DNA of 64,000 nt from NCBI GenBank assembly GCA_031549925.1, contig JAVBPA010000033.1, positions 13,498 to 77,497 on the forward strand, written 5' to 3'. Source of the stretch: Eubacteriales bacterium (lineage in GTDB: Bacteria > Bacillota > Clostridia > Oscillospirales > CAG-272). Positions 10,234 to 19,110 of this stretch are shown in pieces. The translations under genes and the position numbers were made by a program. How positions within the stretch are numbered: position 1 is the first letter of the stretch; each line of letters begins with the position of its first letter. The notes beneath the pieces are model-generated. The model worked only from the letters and a program-made list of their open reading frames with translations. It ran no database searches and was not told the DNA's origin.

Positions 10234-10824
10234 ATGGAATATTATATAAAAAAAATGCCGGAAATTGATTGGGACAAAGCTGAAACAGCATTGATTTCTT
10301 TATATAAATGGGATAAATCATATATGCCTCATGCTTGTGCAAAACTAATTTGTACGGATAATTCTCTTCATGTACGCATTATATGCGAAGAAGAAAATCC
10401 CAAAGCGGTATATCATAATTTTTTTGATCCGGTATACTGTGACAGTTGCCTGGAATTTTTCTTTTCGCATAAAAAGGATTATAAATATATAAACTGTGAA
10501 ATGAATTCTCTCGGAGCGTCATTAATAGCTGTAGGCTACGGCCGTAATGATCGAGTCCGTATAGATAAATTAATTACGCCCCCGTTAGTTAAAGCATCGA
10601 GAGAAGGGGAAAATTGGTGTGTTGAAGTGACATTTACACTTGATATGTTGAAAATATTATTAGGTGATGATGTTTCGTTCGATACGGGCAGTGTTTGGTA
10701 CGGAAATTTTTATAAATGCGGAGATAAAACGGAAATTCCTCATTATGGTATGTGGTCGGAAGTCGGAACAGAAAATCCCGATTTTCACAGACCCGAATAT
10801 TTCGGAGAATTAATAATTATTTGA
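10234..10824 (+). CDS. Carbohydrate-binding family 9-like protein
   Basis: PVYCDSCLEFF, YINCEMN, GNFYKCGD, PDFHRPEYFG; start moved to ATG 10234 behind GGAGGG. Confidence 0.8.
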   Translation: MEYYIKKMPEIDWDKAETALISLYKWDKSYMPHACAKLICTDNSLHVRIICEEENPKAVYHNFFDPVYCDSCLEFFFSHKKDYKYINCEMNSLGASLIAVGYGRNDRVRIDKLITPPLVKASREGENWCVEVTFTLDMLKILLGDDVSFDTGSVWYGNFYKCGDKTEIPHYGMWSEVGTENPDFHRPEYFGELIII

Positions 10825-10947
10825 TTATTTTTTTACCGGTTTGAAAGTATTTTATTACCTAAAACAAATTATAATAAAAATAAACAAACAGATTATTTTA
10901 AATCTTAATTATTATTTTCATTAAACAAGAAAAGTATAAGGTAAATT

Positions 10948-12762
10948 ATGAAAAAACTTATTTCTTATGAAAACAGTAAAATAACATCGGGATTTTGGGA
11001 AAAGAAGCAAAGACTAGTCCGTGATGTGTCATTAAAAGCAGTATATGACCGTTTTAGCGAAACCGGGCGTTTCCGTGCTTTTGACTTTTCATGGAAAGAA
11101 GGAGAACCGGATAGGCCGCACATTTTTTGGGATTCGGATGTGGCAAAGTGGCTGGAAAGCGCGGCTTATGTTTTGAATGGAGAAAAAAATCCGGAAATCG
11201 AAGCTGTTTGTGATAGTATCATAGAGAAAATCGCCGCTCATCAGGAAAAAAACGGATATTTTAATATATATTTTACCGTCGTTGAACCGGAGGCTCGTTT
11301 TACGCGCCGTACAGATCATGAATTGTATTGCGCGGGGCATCTTATCGAAGCGGCTGTCGAATATTATAAAGTTACGGGTAAAAAACTTTTTCTTGACTGC
11401 ATGTGTAAATATGCGGATTATATCGAAAAAATTTTTAAAATTAAAGGAAATAAATATTTTTCAACTCCCGGACATGAAGAAATCGAATTGGCTCTTGTAA
11501 AACTCCATGATATAACGGGGGAAATGCGGTATCTTGAACTTGCTAAATTCTTTATTGATAAAAGAGGATGCGAAGAAGAAGCAAATTACGGCTGGGCTCA
11601 AGCTTCATATAATCAAAGTCACCTTCCTTGCCGCGAACAAAAAACCGCAGAAGGACATTCTGTACGGGCAGTTTATCTGTACAGCGGAATGGCTGACATA
11701 GCTTATAAATACGGAGACGAAGCTTTAAAACAAGCTTGCCGTGATTTATTTGAAAATATAATTAATAAAAGAATGTATATCACCGGAGGTATAGGTTCAA
11801 CCCGAGTGGGAGAAGCTTTTACTATAGATTACGATCTTCCCCCGGCGACAGCTTATACCGAAAGCTGCGCATCGATAGGACTTGCGTTGTTTGCACGCCG
11901 TATGCAGCTGCTTTATACGGATTCGGTTTATGCGGAAATCATTGAAAAAATAATATACAATGGATTTTTGTCGTCAATATCACTGGACGGTAAATCATTC
12001 TTTTACGAAAATCCGCTGGAGATATTACCGGAATTGCACAAGGTACGCGGTGAAATCCATTATCCGTCGTCTAGACGCTCAGAGGTTTTTGATTGTTCCT
12101 GCTGTCCTCCGAATATAACGAGATTCATGGCTTCTGTTGCGGATTTTCTTTATACGGCTGACGATGAAAATAATACTGTTTATCTCCATCAATTCATGAA
12201 CAGCGATACAAAATTTATTCTTTGCGATAAAGAAGTGAAAATATCTCAGAAAACATCATATCCGGAAAACGGAATTGTGAAAATAAATTACAGCGGACCC
12301 GAAGCGGTTTTAGCCGTAAGAATTCCCAGTTGGTCAAACCGTTATGAAGCGTTCAAAAATCCGGATGGCTATGCTTATTTTAATGTTTTTGACGGTTTTG
12401 AATTTGAGTTTGATTTCGCCCCTCAGGTGCGTTTTATCGAGGCTGATCCGCGTGTAACAGGCTGCGAAAACCGTTGCGCGGTTTCATACGGTCCGGTTAT
12501 ATATTGCATGGAGGGAATAGACAATATATCTCCTTTGCGGGATATAAGGCTTGATAGTGATATACCATGCGAATTTGAATATAATAATTCGCTTGATGTA
12601 CAAACATTATGTTTTACGGCATACCGGCGTAAATTTGAAACAAATAAATTATATTCTTTAAATAAATTACCCCTTGAAACAATAAAAGCCCGGATGATAC
12701 CATATTATTCTTTTGCAAACAGAGATTACAGCGAAATGGTTGTATGGTGTTTGACCAGATAA
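10948..12762 (+). CDS. GH127 beta-L-arabinofuranosidase-like glycosidase
   Basis: DSDVAKWLE, HELYCAGHLIEA, GHEEIELAL, GHSVRA, YTESCAS, CSCCPPN (Zn/Cys catalytic set of GH127). Confidence 0.92.
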   Translation: MKKLISYENSKITSGFWEKKQRLVRDVSLKAVYDRFSETGRFRAFDFSWKEGEPDRPHIFWDSDVAKWLESAAYVLNGEKNPEIEAVCDSIIEKIAAHQEKNGYFNIYFTVVEPEARFTRRTDHELYCAGHLIEAAVEYYKVTGKKLFLDCMCKYADYIEKIFKIKGNKYFSTPGHEEIELALVKLHDITGEMRYLELAKFFIDKRGCEEEANYGWAQASYNQSHLPCREQKTAEGHSVRAVYLYSGMADIAYKYGDEALKQACRDLFENIINKRMYITGGIGSTRVGEAFTIDYDLPPATAYTESCASIGLALFARRMQLLYTDSVYAEIIEKIIYNGFLSSISLDGKSFFYENPLEILPELHKVRGEIHYPSSRRSEVFDCSCCPPNITRFMASVADFLYTADDENNTVYLHQFMNSDTKFILCDKEVKISQKTSYPENGIVKINYSGPEAVLAVRIPSWSNRYEAFKNPDGYAYFNVFDGFEFEFDFAPQVRFIEADPRVTGCENRCAVSYGPVIYCMEGIDNISPLRDIRLDSDIPCEFEYNNSLDVQTLCFTAYRRKFETNKLYSLNKLPLETIKARMIPYYSFANRDYSEMVVWCLTR

Positions 12763-12790
12763 AAATTTTATAATCGGTTATATAAAAATC

Positions 12791-13132
12791 ATGAAAAAGA
12801 AAAAAAGATCTTCGGACGAAGATGACGACGGACGTGTTATTGCCAATATGGATGTCGAAGGAATGCCTTGGAATTCACAGGGAATGTCCTGGCGTTTCGG
12901 ATTGAACGGTTTTATAAAAAAACAAAAAAATAAAAAATCAGATTCGGCAGATTTAAAAGATAATTATGGAGCGGAAATTGATAAAAACATTTCCGCTCCG
13001 CCTCCGTTAAGCAAAAGAGAAACTTTATTTATTATCTTTCATTCTGTTTTATCCGGATTGACTGTTGCTGCAATATTCGGAACCGCAGGGTTTTTGTTTA
13101 TACTGTTTTGTGTGAAGGTTTGGTTTGTATGA
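12791..13132 (+). CDS. Hypothetical membrane protein
   Basis: DDDGRVIANMDVEGMPW N-terminus and one C-terminal TM helix. Confidence 0.7.
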   Translation: MKKKKRSSDEDDDGRVIANMDVEGMPWNSQGMSWRFGLNGFIKKQKNKKSDSADLKDNYGAEIDKNISAPPPLSKRETLFIIFHSVLSGLTVAAIFGTAGFLFILFCVKVWFV

Positions 13133-13587
13133 AATCCGGTATAATTTTTATAATTTCAGTTTTATTAATATTTATTGTATTATTGGGTTCCGTAATATTT
13201 TTAATAGCATATAATTATGATTTTAATACTTATGAACTTGATGTTATAAATGGTATAGCTTACGGAATCGAAAACGACTGCGTATATATTAAATTAAATG
13301 AACATAATAAAAAGTTAAGTAGCTTCGAATCGGAATCAATCAGAGGGATATTAACCATTACTGAAAGAAAAAAAACTTCTCTTCCGCATAAATTAAATGA
13401 ATCCCGGCTGCCTGATATAATCTTTGAAATCGAAGAGATTATGAATGTCAGAATCATAAAAAATGATAAAAATACCGACAGTGTTTATATGGTTGCAAAA
13501 GTATACGGAAAAGAAAGGGTTTTCTTAATAAACGATTACAGAATATATGAAAGAGCGGAAGAATTCTTTTTTTCACAAAATAATTGA
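13129..13587 (+). CDS. Hypothetical protein with N-terminal membrane anchor
   Basis: ATGA overlap with the upstream stop; hydrophobic N-terminus. Confidence 0.65.
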   Translation: MKSGIIFIISVLLIFIVLLGSVIFLIAYNYDFNTYELDVINGIAYGIENDCVYIKLNEHNKKLSSFESESIRGILTITERKKTSLPHKLNESRLPDIIFEIEEIMNVRIIKNDKNTDSVYMVAKVYGKERVFLINDYRIYERAEEFFFSQNN

Positions 13588-13690
13588 TAAAAATATTTTT
13601 ATTTTATATATTTATTGTATTTGCAAATAAAACAAAAATATAATAAAAATCTAAAACTGCAAAATATGAGGATTAATCAAAAAAAAACTA

Positions 13691-13719
13691 TTGACAAAAT
13701 ATTTTTAATATGATATAAT
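13691..13719 (+). promoter_or_regulatory. Strong sigmaA promoter of tRNA pair
   Basis: TTGACA-17 bp-TATAAT with TG extended -10 and A-tract upstream. Confidence 0.85.
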
Positions 13720-13756
13720 ACAACTCGCGTCGGTAAAAAAGAACACTTTTGCGTAT

Positions 13757-13833
13757 GGCGGAATAGCTCAGCTGGCTAGAGCAATCGGTTCATACCCGAT
13801 AGGTCGTGGGTTCAAATCCAACTTCCGCTACCA
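13757..13833 (+). tRNA. tRNA-Met(CAT), elongator type
   Basis: GGCGGAATAGCTCAGCTGGCTAGAGC...TTCATAC...GGTTCAAATCC...TTCCGCTACCA; 77 nt, encoded CCA, paired G1-U72. Confidence 0.92.
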
Positions 13834-13838
13834 TATAA

Positions 13839-13913
13839 GGCCCGTTGGTCAAGAGGCTAAGACACCGCCCTTTCACGGCGGTAACAGGGGTTCGATTCCC
13901 CTACGGGTCACCA
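13839..13913 (+). tRNA. tRNA-Glu(TTC)
   Basis: GGCCCGTTGGTCAAG...CCGCCCTTTCACGGCGG...GGTTCGATTCC...CGGGTCACCA; 75 nt. Confidence 0.95.
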
Positions 13914-13922
13914 TATATATTT

Positions 13923-13949
13923 AAATCGAGGGTTGCGCCCTCGATTTTT
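13923..13949 (+). terminator. tRNA operon terminator
   Basis: AAATCGAGGG-ttgcg-CCCTCGATTTTT. Confidence 0.85.
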
Positions 13950-14024
13950 ACTATTCTAACTTATGATGATAATACTTTATTTAAAGATTTACAGGCTGAT
14001 TTTGTTATAAACGTTTTGTTTTTA

Positions 14025-14066
14025 AATCAATGATTTTAGAATCAATGATTTTAGAATCAATGATTT
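14025..14066. repeat. 15-bp tandem repeat AATCAATGATTTTAG x2.8
   Basis: Units at 14025, 14040 and 14055 (partial), each with the AATCA-A-TGATT dyad. Confidence 0.85.
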
Positions 14067-14261
14067 CATGGATTCAATTTTTTATTGAAAATCATTTCTG
14101 TCAAATCTATTTTTAAAAATTATATTTTATAAATTAATAATATCATAAAAATCGGAGGTGGTTTGTCCTTAAAAATATATTTGTAAAAAATTAAGAATAT
14201 CTGTTTTTATTTTTTGTCTTAATATGTTTTTAATTTTATATATTTAATAGGGCTCATAGCA

Positions 14262-15659
14262 ATGATTAATATTTATTCAACTAAACATATGATTAAACCA
14301 ACGTTTTGCAGAGGTGAAATACCTTCTACAAAAGAAGCTTATAAAAATTTAGCGAGAATTGCGCTGCCTTCTGTCGCAGAAATGGTTTTGGCTAGCTTAA
14401 TAGGTTCGGTTGATACAATGATGGTGGGCAATTTAGGAGCTTCCGCTATTGCCTCCGTAGGCTTGACGGGACAACCGAGAATGCTTTTGTTATCGATATT
14501 TTTTGCGATAAATATGGGGCTTACCGCGGTTATATCAAGAAGAAAAGGCGAAGAAAGACGCGAAGACGCCCAATCCACGCTCCGCTATATGATGGTGATT
14601 ATTTTTATAATATCCATCGTTATCAGTATCGCAGCTTTAATTTTTACCGAACCGCTGATGAAATTATCGGGTGCGATACCAGGCGAAACTTTAGAGGGGT
14701 CTATAATATATTTTCGTATAATGATTATATCGGTTCCGATAAACGCTCTTACAATGTCAGTAACAGCTTCCCTCAGGGGTATTGGAAATACTAAAGTTAC
14801 GATGTATGTAAATACGATTTCTAATATTATAAATATAATTTGTAATTTTTTATTGATTGAAGGAAGATTCGGATTTCCCAGACTTGAACTGGCGGGAGCG
14901 GCGCTGGCATCTGTTATCGGAATGGCTGTCGGTTTTATTTTATGTATTGTTGTTATATTCAATAAAGATTGTTATTTATACATATCTCCGAAAAATTCCT
15001 GGATTCCTAAAATAGATAAAGTACGTCCTGTTTTAAAAGTCGGAGGAAACGCTGTCTTAGAACAAATCGCACTTAGGATAGGATTTTTTATATTTGCCAA
15101 AATGGTAGCCGGACTTGGAACCGATAATTTCGCGACTCATCAAATTTGCATGCAATTTTTAAATATTACGTTTACTATAGGAGACGGAATCGGAGTTGCT
15201 GCGACTAGTCTGGTGGGTCAAAACATGGGAAGAGAACGGCCGGATGTTTCAATGATATACGGTAAAGTTGCCCAGCGTGCGGCTTTAACGATTTCCCTTG
15301 TCCTGGTTGCTGTAATTATTGCGTTCCGTGTTCCTTTTATAAAATTATTCAATAATGAACCGCATATTGTAGAACTCGGTTCACAGGTTATGATAATTGT
15401 CGCGCTGTTCCAGCCTTTTCAAACTTCGTCTGTCGTTATATCAGGCTGCCTGCGCGGGAGCGGAGACACTAAATATGTCGCCCTTATCATGCTAATCTGT
15501 ATAACATTTATACGTCCATTTGTATGTTATATGAATTTAAATGTTTTCAATTTGGGACTTGTCGGCGCTTGGGCTGCCTCTATGTTAGATATGATTATAA
15601 GAATGGTTGCGGTTTATACACGTTTTGCCAGTTTTAAATGGGCTAACATAAAAGTATAA
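14262..15659 (+). CDS. MATE family efflux transporter
   Basis: IALPS, VDTMMVG.LG, LRGIGNTK, FPRLELAGAALAS, LVGQNMG, LRGSGDT; about 12 TM helices. Confidence 0.92.
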   Translation: MINIYSTKHMIKPTFCRGEIPSTKEAYKNLARIALPSVAEMVLASLIGSVDTMMVGNLGASAIASVGLTGQPRMLLLSIFFAINMGLTAVISRRKGEERREDAQSTLRYMMVIIFIISIVISIAALIFTEPLMKLSGAIPGETLEGSIIYFRIMIISVPINALTMSVTASLRGIGNTKVTMYVNTISNIINIICNFLLIEGRFGFPRLELAGAALASVIGMAVGFILCIVVIFNKDCYLYISPKNSWIPKIDKVRPVLKVGGNAVLEQIALRIGFFIFAKMVAGLGTDNFATHQICMQFLNITFTIGDGIGVAATSLVGQNMGRERPDVSMIYGKVAQRAALTISLVLVAVIIAFRVPFIKLFNNEPHIVELGSQVMIIVALFQPFQTSSVVISGCLRGSGDTKYVALIMLICITFIRPFVCYMNLNVFNLGLVGAWAASMLDMIIRMVAVYTRFASFKWANIKV

Positions 15660-15737
15660 TTTTTGTACGATTGTTTAATACACCTTATGTATTTATATGA
15701 AATTTATCCAAAAAGTAAATATTATATAAATAAACTA

Positions 15738-15766
15738 TTGATTTTTATTATATAATATGTTATAAT
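15738..15766 (+). promoter_or_regulatory. sigmaA promoter (copy 1)
   Basis: TTGATT-17 bp-TATAAT with TG extended -10. Confidence 0.7.
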
Positions 15767-15793
15767 AATATTGATATTTTGGAGGTGGTATAT

Positions 15794-15922
15794 ATGTATA
15801 CGACAGTTATCATTACGAGCAGAATTGCAGCCGCGCAAACTGCCGATATATTTTCATTAACAATCGTTTTATTGGCAATTGCTGCCGCTGTTGTTTCCGT
15901 ATTACTAAAAAAAAATAAATAA
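15794..15922 (+). CDS. Unannotated 42-aa membrane microprotein made of a QTAD sorting signal (MYTTVIITSRIAAAQTADIFSLTIVLLAIAAAVVSVLLKKNK)
   Basis: GGAGGTG RBS at 15781-15787, ATG 15794, TAA 15920-15922, own promoter, clear similarity to the C-terminus of 16001-16783. Confidence 0.8.
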   Translation: MYTTVIITSRIAAAQTADIFSLTIVLLAIAAAVVSVLLKKNK

Positions 15923-15937
15923 ATTATAAATATTCTA

Positions 15938-15966
15938 TTGATTTTTTTTATATGTTATGTTATAAT
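15938..15966 (+). promoter_or_regulatory. sigmaA promoter (copy 2)
   Basis: TTGATT-17 bp-TATAAT with TG extended -10, exactly 200 bp after copy 1. Confidence 0.7.
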
Positions 15967-16000
15967 GAACGCACCATAATAAAAAGGAGAAAAATCTGTT

Positions 16001-16783
16001 ATGAAAAAAGCAATTAGTCTTTTAACCGTTGCAATAATGGTAATATTTACTTTCGCATTGACAGTATCAGCAGCTGGTCCGGCAGTAATTTGGGATTTCA
16101 CAGACAGCGCAAACGCTCTTATTTACAATGCGGACGGCACTTATCTCGGTTCCGGCACACCTAATAATATCAACCTTGCTTATGATGCAACAGAAAAATG
16201 TATCAAAGGTGAAATTATCGGAGGCGACCCTTACTTCCAGATGCCTTTAATAGATCCTACATTACAGGCAGAAAGCAATGCATTTATAAAAGTAAGTTAT
16301 AAAATATTGGGCGCTACATCCCCGGCATGTTCATTCTATTTTACAACTGATACAATATCCTGGTCAGAAGATGGTTCAATGCAATGGGCAATAGACGGCG
16401 ATGACGAACAATGGACAGAACAAATTGTCGATATGTCCGGTTCCGCAGGTTGGGCAGGTCTCGTTGATAAACTCCGTTATGACCCGCTTTCACAAGGTGA
16501 AGACGGACAAGTTATCTACATTAAGTACATAGCAATATTTGCTTCTGAAGCAGATGCAACCGCATTTGATTTCACAGCATACAAAACACCGGCAGCAGCA
16601 GAAACAACAGCTCCCGCAGAAACAACAGCAGCTGTTGAAACAGAAGCAGCAGACACAGCAGCAAATACAACAGCTCCGGCAACAACACCGGCAGTTCAAA
16701 CAGCGGATATATTCACAGTTTCCATAATTGTTCTTTCTATGGCTTCCGCAGCAGGCGTTGTATTAACAAAGAAATCCAAATAA
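16001..16783 (+). CDS. Secreted cell-surface protein with Thr/Ala/Pro linker and C-terminal AVQTAD sorting signal
   Basis: Signal peptide ending VSA; aromatic-rich globular domain; AAETTA/PAETTA repeats; AVQTADIF-TM-KKSK tail. Confidence 0.85.
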   Translation: MKKAISLLTVAIMVIFTFALTVSAAGPAVIWDFTDSANALIYNADGTYLGSGTPNNINLAYDATEKCIKGEIIGGDPYFQMPLIDPTLQAESNAFIKVSYKILGATSPACSFYFTTDTISWSEDGSMQWAIDGDDEQWTEQIVDMSGSAGWAGLVDKLRYDPLSQGEDGQVIYIKYIAIFASEADATAFDFTAYKTPAAAETTAPAETTAAVETEAADTAANTTAPATTPAVQTADIFTVSIIVLSMASAAGVVLTKKSK

Positions 16784-16815
16784 TTAAAAATATTAATTGC
16801 GCTAATAGATAACAT

Positions 16816-16850
16816 AAAGCATGGATCGTAAAAATCCATGCTTTTTTATT
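16816..16850. terminator. Bidirectional terminator
   Basis: AAAGCATGGAT...ATCCATGCTTTTTT between convergent genes. Confidence 0.8.
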
Positions 16851-16863
16851 TTGCTTATTATAT

Positions 16864-17880
16864 TTATTTGTCGTATAAATGACATAAAACAATATGACCG
16901 TTTTCATGTTTTAAGGCAGTAGGTACTTCTTTTTTACATTTATCCATGCAGTGACGGCATCTTGTATGAAATTTGCAACCCGGCGGAGGATTTACAGGAG
17001 AAGGAATATTTCCTTCAAGAATTATTCTGTTCATTTTTTTGTTTATATCCGGAATCGGAATAGCACTGAGCAGAGCTTGCGTATAGGGGTGAAGCGGATT
17101 TTTGAATATTTCTTTTTTAGGTCCGAATTCTATAAGAGAACCTAAATACATTACTCCTATAGTATCAGAAATATATTCAACGACCGATAAATCGTGCGAA
17201 ATAAAAAGATATGTCAGTTTATACTGCGTTTGTAAATCTTTTAATAGATTTATAATTTGAGCTTGTATTGAAACATCAAGAGCGGAAACCGGTTCATCGC
17301 ATACGATAAATTCGGGATTTAAAGCAAGAGCGCGTGCGATACATATTCTTTGCCGCTGACCTCCTGAAAATTCGTGAGGATAGCGGTCCTTATGATATGA
17401 TTGTAAACCGCAGTTTGTCATAATTTTTGAAATATGTCCGGAATATTCGCTTTTAGTTACAATACTATGTTCTCGAACTGCTTCTCCTATTATTTCTCCT
17501 ACCGGAAGGCGGGGAGATAAACTGGAATAAGGATCCTGAAAAATTATTTGCATTTTCGGACGTAATTTATTTAAATCGTTTTTGTTCAATTTATAAACGT
17601 TTTGACCCGCAAAAAAAACATCGCCTCCGGTTTTTGGTGTCAAACGCAGTATGGAACGTCCGACGGTAGTTTTTCCGCATCCGGATTCTCCGACAAGACC
17701 CATGGTTGTTCCGCGCGGAATAGAAAAAGTAATTCCGTCTACTGCCCGGACATAATTCGATACTCTTGAAAATAAACCGGTTTTTATCGGAAAATATGTT
17801 TTTAAATCTTTTATATCAAGTAAATTATTGGGATCGGGGGTTGTGGGATTTAAATTATAATTTTCATTCTTCTTCGCCAT
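16864..17880 (-). CDS. oppF: Oligopeptide-type ABC transporter ATPase
   Basis: [32 protein letters not shown]. Confidence 0.9.
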   Translation of the reverse strand: MAKKNENYNLNPTTPDPNNLLDIKDLKTYFPIKTGLFSRVSNYVRAVDGITFSIPRGTTMGLVGESGCGKTTVGRSILRLTPKTGGDVFFAGQNVYKLNKNDLNKLRPKMQIIFQDPYSSLSPRLPVGEIIGEAVREHSIVTKSEYSGHISKIMTNCGLQSYHKDRYPHEFSGGQRQRICIARALALNPEFIVCDEPVSALDVSIQAQIINLLKDLQTQYKLTYLFISHDLSVVEYISDTIGVMYLGSLIEFGPKKEIFKNPLHPYTQALLSAIPIPDINKKMNRIILEGNIPSPVNPPPGCKFHTRCRHCMDKCKKEVPTALKHENGHIVLCHLYDK

Positions 17881-17902
17881 AATATATATTTAACCTTTCC
17901 CG

Positions 17903-19102
17903 TTATCCGTTATCCGAAATAATGTTTTTTTGAGTGGCGTGGTTATAGCAGGAAACATAATGCGTTTCATTTAATCTTTTTTCAATTGGATATAAACCTT
18001 CGCATATATCGGAACACCTGTCGCATCTGTCTTTAAAATAACAATAATTCGGCATGTTAACCGGATTCGGCACTTTTCCGGGGATATTGTACAAACGATC
18101 AATTTTTTTAGATAAAACCGGTTTTGAATTCATTAACCCTATCGTATAAGGATGTTTCGGATCATTGAAAATATCTGCCGCAGTCCCTCTTTCAATAACC
18201 CTCCCGGCATACATAACAACTACAAAATCAGCCATTTCCGCAATAACGCCCAAATCATGAGTAATGAGCATAATACTGCTGTTTGTTTTATCTTTTAAAT
18301 TACGGAGCAATTCCAATATTTGAGCTTGTATAGTTACATCAAGCGCGGTCGTCGGTTCGTCCGCTATTATAAGATGAGGGTCGCAGGACAAAGCCATAGC
18401 AATCATTATACGCTGTCTCATACCGCCCGATAATTCGTGGGGATACATTTTATAAACCCCTTCGGCATTGGCTATACCGACAGTTTTAAGCATGTTAACA
18501 GAATGTTCGTGAACAGCTTTTTTAGTCATTTCCGAATTATGCAGTGAAATAACTTCATCAAGCTGCATTCCTATTTTGAATACGGGATTCAAGCTTGTCA
18601 TTGGTTCCTGAAAAATCATGGATATTTTATTTCCGCGTATTGTTTGTATTATTGAATTAGGAACACGTGTCAGATCATAAACAATATCGCCCGTATCAAA
18701 CCGGATAGAGCCTTCGGTAATCTGCCCCTGCGGACGCTGCAATAAATGCATAAGTGAAAGGCTGGTAACAGATTTACCGCATCCGGATTCACCTACTATA
18801 CCTACTGTTTTTCCTCTTGGAATATCAAAAGAGACTCCGTCTACCGCTTTTACAATTCCTACGTCGGTATAAAAATACGTATGAAGATTATCGAATTCAA
18901 CGATATTATTGGAATTTTTCATTGAAGTTATATATTCTTCCGAAGGAATCTTTTTGCGGTTACGCATCTTCTCAAAATATTTTATTGATATATGATTGCT
19001 TTTTGTGATGGCTCTGGATTCTTTCGCACTCAGATAATTTGAATTACCTGTTTTTTCTTCTTTTATTTCTTCTGTATTGTTTTTAATTTGTTTTTCCGAC
19101 AT
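17903..19102 (-). CDS. oppD: Oligopeptide-type ABC transporter ATPase with N-terminal extension
   Basis: GESGCGKS, FQEPMTSLNP, LSGGMRQR, ADEPTTALD. Confidence 0.9.
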   Translation of the reverse strand: MSEKQIKNNTEEIKEEKTGNSNYLSAKESRAITKSNHISIKYFEKMRNRKKIPSEEYITSMKNSNNIVEFDNLHTYFYTDVGIVKAVDGVSFDIPRGKTVGIVGESGCGKSVTSLSLMHLLQRPQGQITEGSIRFDTGDIVYDLTRVPNSIIQTIRGNKISMIFQEPMTSLNPVFKIGMQLDEVISLHNSEMTKKAVHEHSVNMLKTVGIANAEGVYKMYPHELSGGMRQRIMIAMALSCDPHLIIADEPTTALDVTIQAQILELLRNLKDKTNSSIMLITHDLGVIAEMADFVVVMYAGRVIERGTAADIFNDPKHPYTIGLMNSKPVLSKKIDRLYNIPGKVPNPVNMPNYCYFKDRCDRCSDICEGLYPIEKRLNETHYVSCYNHATQKNIISDNG

Positions 19103-19110
19103 ATGGATTC

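Noticed and set aside
13845-14033. 62-aa ORF MVKRLRHRPFTAVTGVRFPYGSP
   Set aside because: It is the translation of tRNA-Glu and its terminator, a classic spurious ORF
14025-14066. Possible CRISPR mini-array (also considered for 22277 and 62331 repeats)
   Set aside because: Units are contiguous with no spacers, too short, and no cas genes are present
13757-14100. tRNA 3' ends as an island integration site
   Set aside because: No integrase and no duplicated tRNA 3' end seen in the window; a normal terminator follows
16490-16727. Cys-rich (minus strand) and Gln-rich (alternate frame) ORFs resembling RiPP precursors
   Set aside because: Shadow frames of the GCA/ACA-rich Ala/Thr linker of 16001-16783; no RBS or maturase
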